DNA of 64,000 nucleotides from NCBI GenBank assembly GCA_021613535.1, contig CP075496.1, positions 14,136,001-14,200,000 on the forward strand, written 5' to 3'. The DNA comes from Adineta vaga. Lineage: Eukaryota > Animalia > Rotifera. Positions 55,915 to 64,000 of the stretch are shown here, piece by piece. The translations under genes were made by a program, and so were the position numbers. A model generated the notes under the pieces. That model ran no database searches. It was not told the origin of the DNA and was given only the letters and a program-made list of their open reading frames with translations. How positions within the stretch are numbered: the first letter of the stretch is position 1; every line of letters starts with the position of its first letter.

Positions 55915-58498
55915 TTAACATGTTTGTAGTGACACTCCCACACTGTTTCTGTTCTTATTAACAACGACAATATCAAACTTATTATCTTTGTTTAGGTCAC
56001 CAATAGCCTAATGATACAGAATTCGATTTATAACCAGTCGCATACGATGCTTTTGTACTGAAATGTCCATTATCATCGGCGAGAAGTATACGAACTTGAT
56101 TACTATTCCTATCAACAACAATCATATCTAGTCTTTTATCATTATTAAAGTCAGTAATTGTGATTGAAGTTGGAAAATATTCATCTGTAAATGAATATAC
56201 TGTTTGAGATGTAAAACTTCCATCATCATTTCCAAATAGAATGTCTATATTGTGAGCACTTTTGTTAAGCATAGCAATATCCAATCGATTATCAGCATTA
56301 AAATTCGCAACTGCTAATGATGTTGGCTGAAGTTCACTTACAGATTGATGTGTTGTATTGATTACAAAACTTCCATTTCCAAATCCAAGAAATATCTGTG
56401 GATTTTTCACAAAAAGAGTACCAACGGCAAGATCAAGTTGATTGTCATCATTGAAATTTCCAACTGCAATCGACTCTGGCAATGAAAAATATCCGGTTGA
56501 GTATGTAGTATAATCATGAAATGTACCATCACCGTAACCAAGAAATATATTTATACTGTTCGAAATATCATTGGTTATAACGATATCCAGATAATGATCA
56601 TTATTAAAGTCACCAGCCTCAATGGATCTTATGTTTCCTGATTCAGCAATTAAATTTGGCTTACGTGTAAAAGTTCCATTGATCTGTCCCAAAAATATGA
56701 CGACACCAACATAATTATGTTCAGTGGATATGGCAATATCTAATAAATTATCGTTGTTAAAATTACCCATCACCATATCTGTTAATTTGTAAGGGTAAGT
56801 TGAGTACGACATTTGATCACCATAATTTCCACTTCCATCTCCAAAAAATATACCAATACTCGCTGTTCTTCTATGGACAACTAGAATATCCAAATTAGAG
56901 TCATTGTTAAAATCATGAATTGCAACACTTGTAGGTTCCGATGGAACTCCTGTTAGGTAGACTGTTCGATTTAGAAACGTTTTATTACCATATCCAAAAA
57001 GTATGTCTATACTGCGAGTTCCGAGGGTGATCGAACCAATATCTATTTGATTATCGCTATTAAAGTCCGCAGCAGCAATCATCCATGGAACCCCAACAGC
57101 AGTATCATACTGTACTGAATCTTGGAAACTACTATTCCCATACCCATAAAAGATTTCTAATGCATCTGCATTATTTGCAGCAATATCTGGATAATTGTCA
57201 TTATTAAAATCATTAATGATGACTGTTGACCCAGTATGATGTCGTAATGCATAATTCTCTGTCGAAGTAACAAAGGTTGCATTGTCTTGTCCTAAAAATA
57301 TATTTATTTTCTTGGTTCCTCCACCGACAACAACAATATCAAGTCGATTATCTTTATTCAAATCGCTTATTGCAATGGCGCGCGGTTGAGAATCATATCC
57401 AGTCGAATATGTTGTGTGACTAACAAAATTGCCTTTACCATCACCCAAGTGTATCACTAAATAATTTGTTCCATAGTTAAGAACGGCAATATCTTGTCGA
57501 CTATCATCATTAAAATCACTCACAGCGACTGACCACGGTAAAGAATCAAATCCAGTCGAATATGACATATGACAAGTAAAATGTCCGTTGCCATCGTTAA
57601 TAAGAATGTTCAGAGTATGTATGACATCACTAACAAAGACAATATCTAATAGATTATCATTATTAAAATCACCAACAGCCAATGAACGTGGTTTAGATGG
57701 ACCAGTTGAATACACTACTTGATTTTCAAAACTTCCATTACCAAAACCCAAAAATATACGTATATTATGACTATCATAATTAGAAACAGCGAAATCTAGT
57801 TTCTTGTCATTATTAAAATCGCCAACGGCAATATACACTTCATTTTTATCGTAATCATTTGAATATCTTATTTCATTACTGAAACTTCCATTACCATAAG
57901 AAAGAAATACACCAATATAAGAACCTTTTTGATAACTTACAACTATATCTGTTTGATTGTCATCGTTAAAATCACCGATCGCCATGCAACTTGGTAATGG
58001 TGCTGTACCAGTTGAATAATGAACGATTGGTGCAAATGAAAATCTACATGTTTTGACTGAAATATAAAGATTGAAAAACAACATTCTCTAATTTGCGTAT
58101 ATAAAATGAATTTTGTCTCTCGTATTTCTCATTTAAATATTATTCTTGATATTTTGAAATAATATACATAAACTCAAAGCATCAATGTAACGAAAGTAGC
58201 AAATACCTGGCTTAGGTGATGTAAAGATCACTATCAGAACAGCTGTAATTATTGTTACAGCTACGAACATCATTATTGCACAGATTAATTTTACAGTTGA
58301 TGGTATAGATAGGACAAAATATTCTAATTAGAATAAATATACAAGGTACTAGAAATTCTCTATAAAAAAATCATAATACTTACCAAAACGTTGCATTCTT
58401 CTTCCTTTTTGAAGAATTATTATTTTGACTTCGTTCCACATTGTGATTATCGTTGATTTTTCACTCATCGATGAATCTACTTCATTAAATAAGTTCAT
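55915..58498 (-). CDS. FG-GAP/VCBS-repeat type II membrane protein
   Basis: Two short 5' exons (58498-~58385; ~58324-58208 with TM), then ~14 GDFNNDxxLDI...GNGSF repeats in one long exon. The last repeat (AIGDLNKDNKFDIVV...QTC*) follows a frameshift at ~56007. Confidence 0.9.
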
Positions 58499-58558
58499 TT
58501 TTATCTAGAAATCAAGAAAAAGAAAACAATAAACCAAATTCAATATGGAGCATAAGTA

Positions 58559-59354
58559 GGTATTACTAATTTATGCACACAGCACAAACACCCAACTTGT
58601 TCAACTTATGAAACAAACAGACCGTCCACAAAGTTGAAAAAACTCCACCTTCAACACTAACACTCAAACCAGTCATAGGAAACATCCACAGAACTTCATA
58701 ATATATACACTTGAACCTCAATAAGTGTCATGCCTAAATGTTTTCTCCTAATAAAATCTCCTACAAAAGTATAAGAATCAGAAAAATGCACGAAATCACA
58801 GAAAAAATATAAAAACATTTAGTAATGTCGAGTTAGATAAGATATACACTTTAATATATCCGAATTAAAGATTCTAACATCATAAATGTATCTTAATTAA
58901 TCTATAATGTACAGTTCGAAATATCTTTTTATGATTCTAATACAATAAAACATTTAAAATCATGTAAAATATCTTAATATGGATATTAATGTGTGATAAC
59001 GATTATAGATTATTTAAGATGCATTTATGATGTTAGAATCTTTCATTCCGATATATTAAAGTATGTATCCTATCTAGCTCGACATTATCAAATGTTTATA
59101 TATTTTTTCTGTGATTTCGTGCATTTTTCTGATTCTTATACTTTTGTAGGAGATTTTATTAGGAGAAAACATTTAGGCATGACACTTATTGAGGTTCAAG
59201 TGTATATTATGAAGTTTTGTGGATGTTTCCTATGATTGGTTCGGGTGTTTGTGGCTAGAACTCCCTGAGTTGTGGGTGTTTGTCAACAGAACTTATGCGC
59301 GTTCTTGAGGGTGAGTGTGGGTGAGTGTGGGTGTTTGCATAAGTTAGTAGTACC
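58559..59354. mobile_element. Foldback-type non-autonomous element (~800 bp palindrome)
   Basis: Arms 58661-58907 and 59002-59247 are near-perfect reverse complements with a ~94-bp spacer; termini GGTATTACTAATTTATGCA / TGCATAAGTTAGTAGTACC. Confidence 0.88.
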
Positions 59355-60388
59355 CATGTATAAAGCACATCAAGGATTCGCTTCATCGCATATGATCACG
59401 ATTGTGAAGGTAAAAGTACTTATTGACAAATAGAAAAATGTGAAACGAATAATATTATGTACATAATATATGAAAAACAGAGCAAAACATGTTTGACTTT
59501 AAAAAAACTTTTACTTAAAGAAATATGAATGTAAATTAAACCATCATTCAACTCATATAAAATATCATTAAGATAATGACAAGAGTCAAAACTATTCTTC
59601 GATATACTCGCTGGAATCAAATCATCGTTTCTCATCGTGACCTTGTACTTATTCTTAAATTGTAGTATGACAATCGAATGAAATACTTTTAATGTTAGTC
59701 ATAATTAAGTTAATATTTCATTTAAAAGTGAATTCGACTAAGATTTCAGTGAAAGAACTACACGAGAGTAGAATAAACAAACGAAAAAGCAAACTTTAAC
59801 AATAAATATTAGATTTTATAAAGTAGATCGAAACCTTTCGTAGGTTCATTTCTATTCAAATCATCTTCTTTTATAATGCGGGTATATGTTAAAAGAATTT
59901 ATTACATATCTTTGTATTCATATTCGATGTTAAAATGATCTCGAGATTTTCTGTTATTCTGTCTTAAAACGAAAACGTGTTTATCGACATAGACGACAAT
60001 CATATTTGTGTCACACGACTTAATCTTTACTCTGCATTCGGGTAATATTTACCATGAAGTAGAAATGTTTTGTTTCTTATAGGAAAGAATGTTAAAAGCA
60101 TTTTACTTACATCAAAATAACATTCAATCGATTGATTTTGATTGTTAACGAAGCTTTATAAGTATGAAATCCTACCAATTAAACTGTTATCTTTAAAAAG
60201 CATTTTATTTTTTATCAATTGAAATCAAATTTTGCTTATTTTACGCCCTGCAATTATCCTATAAAGTGTTTATCAGAAAAAATACGTTGTTTATATTTCA
60301 TAATCAGTAGTAAACGTATGTCTTATTTAATTGTCTATTAACAAAATAACTATCATTTGTTATCGTGTTGTTTCATTGTTAAGCAGAC

Positions 60389-62461
60389 ATGGATAATAGT
60401 ATAGACGAACTAACAAATCTAGTAAGATTTTCATTTTGTTATAAGAGTTCTATTATTGAAAAGAAACTTAAATGTTCAAAAGGGTTATTCGTCATCGGCT
60501 AAACGAGTAAGATTAAACATAAAAGAACTTCGAACTGTCGAATCGGAATCACGATTAAAGTATGATAAGATTCTTTTTAACTTTAATTATCTTTGAACAA
60601 GATATTTTCTCTTGGATAGTGTAGATGGTGGACGAGAAAAAGACGTCGAATTGCCTTAGGTATTCTTGGTTCCTCCGTTTGCGGAATATTAATTGCTGTG
60701 GCTATTGTCATACCTATTTCAATGAATCAAAAATCTACTCAAACTACTAGTGGTAAGTTTCTTAATAAAAACATTCCGAGAGTTTCGCTGACAGTGACGT
60801 AACTGAATTCTAACTATGAGTTCTGACTTTTCACCGCTAGCCTCTGCCTAATTCTTTCTAATATCACAATTATTTATTTCTATTCTGTAAATCAAACTTA
60901 AGAGTTGTTAATATCTTCTTCTATGAGTTACACCTTATATAAGCAAGTAATAAGAAAAGCTCATCATTGATGTTGCTCATGATGGTCTTTCGGTTATGAT
61001 AACATAAAGTATTATAGTGACCACAACAACAACAACTACAACTTCCACTTCCTCGACCAGTTCTACATCGACCTCCTCTACATCCACTAGTTCTACATCG
61101 ACAAGCACTAGTTCTACAAGTACCAGTACAAGTTCTACATCGACCTCCTCTACATCAACCAGTTCGACTTCAACCAGCTCAACATCGACTAGTTCCACAT
61201 CGACTAGTACCACTTCTACAAGTACCAGCACCAGTTCCACCAGTTCGACATCAACTTCCTCTACATCGACTTCTTCCACATCAACCAGCTCGACATCCAC
61301 CAGTTCTACATCAACAACTACTAGTTCTACAAGTACTAGTACAAGTTCTACATCAACCAGTACGAGTTCTACAAGCACCAGTACAAGTTCAACATCCACT
61401 AGCTCAACATCAACCTCTTCTACATCCACCAGTTCTACATCAACAACCACGAGTTCCACAAGTACCAGCACCAGTTCCACCAGTTCGACATCAACTTCCT
61501 CTACATCGACCTCTTCTACATCAACTAGCTCCACGTCCACTAGTTCTACATCAACCAGCACGAGTTCTACAAGTACCAGTACAAGTTCAACGTCCACCAG
61601 CTCAACATCAACTTCTTCTACATCGACCTCCTCTACATCCACTAGCTCGACTTCAACCAGCTCAACATCGACTAGTTCTACATCGACTAGTACCAGTTCT
61701 ACAAGTACTAGTACGAGTTCTACGTCAACAACAACCACGACATCTCGAACAAGTACGATGAGTCTCATTTACTTGTCATAATTAACTAATTTTCGTATAT
61801 TTTATTTTAGCTACATCGACTAGTACGAGTTCTACATCAACTAGCACGAGTTCTACTTCATCAACAAGTACAACATCACGAACAAGTATGGCATGACTCT
61901 CATCTATTTTGAATAATAACTGATCTTCGTCTATTTCATTCTAGCTACATCAACCAGCACTAGTACAAGTTCTACTTCAACAACAAGTACAACATCACGA
62001 ACAAGTATGACATAGTTCTCATCTATTTTTAATATTAACTGATCTTCGTGTATTTCATTCTAGCCACATCAACGACTACATCTGTCGCACTTCCAGCTCA
62101 ATGTTCAAGTTATACAATGATTACAGATGCCACTCGATTAGCAACAGGAGGTGCACCCACTATTATCTGTGATAATATTCTATTTACAGCCACACCAGTA
62201 TGGATACGTTTCTCAGGTAGTGCAGGAACAATGCTAGTTAATTATGCTCCAACTACATACAGATGTAATACTCATGCTCCAGGATGGTATACAGGCAGTC
62301 TTCCTGCTGTTGGTTCAACTGTCAGTGGTACTGTTTGTTATAATTGGAGTGGTAATACATGTAATTGGTCAAATTCAATTTCGGTAACGAATTGTAACGG
62401 TTTTTATCTTTATCGATTAATAGCTCCACCCGTATGTTCACTAAGATATTGCACAATGTAA
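60389..62461 (+). CDS. Type II membrane protein with Ser/Thr mucin stalk and UMOD/GP2/OIT3-like D8C domain
   Basis: TM RRIALGILGSSVCGILIAVAIVIPI; ~245-aa S/T exon; C-terminal CDN..WIRFSGSAGTML..RCNTHAPGW..VCYNWSGNTCNWSNSISVTNCNGFYLYRL..PPVCSLRYC. Confidence 0.85.
61018..61752 (+). repeat. Coding low-complexity STSST repeat
   Basis: Directly visible; units have diversified synonymous codons. Confidence 0.95.
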
Positions 62462-62622
62462 TTATTATTATTCATATTTGTTTTTGATTGAGTCGCTTTG
62501 TAGTTTTATAGAACAAAAAGACTTTTAGTCATAACTTTGTTTAACAATTTTATGTAGAAGAATGCGAATGAAACTGATATTCATTCAATTTTTATTTGAA
62601 TAAAGAAAGAAAAAAGTATTTT

Positions 62623-63114
62623 CTAATAAACGATCTTTTTAATTAATAAAAAAGAGATAAAACCGATAATTATTTGTTCGAAGACATGACAATGAATACT
62701 GAATGCTTTGGAAGTAGTAGTAGTAGTAGCACATGGTCCACTATTACTTTGACATTGAAAATGTGCTGTACAATAGCGTTGTTGATCTCCACATTTTAAA
62801 TCAAACGATCGTTGTTTTGGTATCCATAAACCTGTACAATTTGTATCAAAATCCATTCCCGGTATCCAACGCATCGAAATTTGTGTCTGTTGTCCATTAT
62901 TTATCGTTGTTATTTTTCCAAAAGCTGCTAATTTATTGGATTGATAGTTAATTGTCATATCTCCATTCGCCGATTGATATAATCGATAAGGAGAAACTTC
63001 TAAACATCTTAGAACAGTACATGAACAATGTAGAAAATGATAAGATCCTGATAAATCTTGAGGAATTGCCAAAATAACATTTACTGTAAGAAGAAAAATG
63101 ACAAAGAAATTCAT
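62623..63114 (-). CDS. Orphan secreted, Cys-rich, possibly GPI-anchored protein
   Basis: Signal peptide MNFFVIFLLTVNVILA; several Cys; Thr linker; hydrophobic C-terminus. Confidence 0.7.
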   Translation of the reverse strand: MNFFVIFLLTVNVILAIPQDLSGSYHFLHCSCTVLRCLEVSPYRLYQSANGDMTINYQSNKLAAFGKITTINNGQQTQISMRWIPGMDFDTNCTGLWIPKQRSFDLKCGDQQRYCTAHFQCQSNSGPCATTTTTSKAFSIHCHVFEQIIIGFISFLLIKKIVY

Positions 63115-64000
63115 TATGTCAACGAATGTTTGACGATGTTATTTGTGATCTTTTTATAGGATGATCAGAGGTGATATCAATGAGTAAATATCAACGTGGG
63201 TTAGAAAAAGCAAAGAGATCAAAATGATTCACAAAAGAAATGATTGTAACGCGTAGGTTGTTATATCCTACTTTAATAAGAATCATTTCAACTTTGTTTC
63301 AAACTAAAAAAAGATAATCATATCTGAGTATTTGTATATAGAAGATATTGAGACATAGTTGCACTGAGAAGCAAGGACATTATTCTGGTAGAATAAGCTT
63401 TTCTTTCTGTGTTTGTTGTGTTTATACATAAATAGAAAAGAATAATGATATGGGAGGATAAGAACAACGAATAAATATTGTTAAACTAATTAGAGATACA
63501 AAATTAATCGAATGAAAAAAAAAATATGTAAATTGAAATGGAATACGTATTTATTTTTTTCTTAATGAATAAATTCGAATGAAATTACTGATTGATGAGT
63601 TCGAAAGTAAAAAGGTCGATCGGTAAGTTTTGAATAAATTTGATAAAAAGAAGAAGGAAAAAAAACAGGTGTGTATTGTTTTTGCTCATTTGTTTCGAAA
63701 AGTTATAGTATATTTTTCTTTAAAAATATCTCATTCTAGCGGATATTTGATATCACTCGACAACTAGCGACATCATCAATAAAAATGTAGGAAACAAAAG
63801 TAAATATTATTTCATTGAATATAATCTTCTAATGATAAAAATGAAAATGTGAATAATTTATCGAGAGAAAAAAAAAGTAAATAAAATCTGAAAATAAATT
63901 GACCTTGTTGAGAATATTTCTCATATGGCCGCAATTTGTTGTTTGTTCTGATGTTGTTTATTTAGTCTTTTCTTGTCTATTATAGAAGAAAACAAACATT

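Noticed and set aside
58993-59235. 80-aa ORF inside the foldback arm
   Set aside because: No transposase motif; the mirror arm has stops in the equivalent frame.
60977-61768. 263-aa V/E/L/D ORF on the minus strand
   Set aside because: Antisense shadow of the Ser/Thr repeat exon.

Overview
AT-rich eukaryotic genomic DNA (roughly 27-30% GC by eye) with many ~50-65 nt GT-AG introns. The gene content (intronless 7TM receptor, FG-GAP, NHL and TPR families, bacterial-like genes) and TGTGGG/TGAGGG telomere-like repeats point to a bdelloid rotifer, probably Adineta-like; this is an inference. Recognisable genes in order: phosphoglucomutase (runs off the left edge), LTV1, a receptor tyrosine phosphatase, three intronless bacterial-type clan AA (retropepsin-fold) protease genes, an espin/forked-like ankyrin protein, histone H1, a 7TM GPCR, a carbohydrate sulfotransferase, ZIP7, a DEK_C-SWIB protein, acetylcholinesterase, a Tctex1-domain protein, a protocadherin, an orphan single-TM protein, a divergent SNAP-25-like SNARE, a FAM194/ERICH6-like protein, a MyoR/TCF21 bHLH factor, an FG-GAP protein, a Ser/Thr-stalk D8C protein and an orphan secreted protein. 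Most notable: (1) a cluster of probably horizontally acquired retropepsin-like genes, two lacking the catalytic Asp; (2) a dispersed repeat made of telomere-like units capped by CTTGAG that sits at rearrangement junctions; (3) operon-like packing (LTV1-PGM, SNAP25-like to FAM194) with the poly(A) signal just upstream of an unpaired splice acceptor; (4) a chimeric duplicate of the bHLH promoter fused to the tail of a gene 7 kb away; (5) an ~800 bp foldback element, a hAT-like MITE and a candidate intronic H/ACA RNA. Several small frameshifts suggest assembly errors. All family assignments rest on motif recognition by eye; no searches were run.
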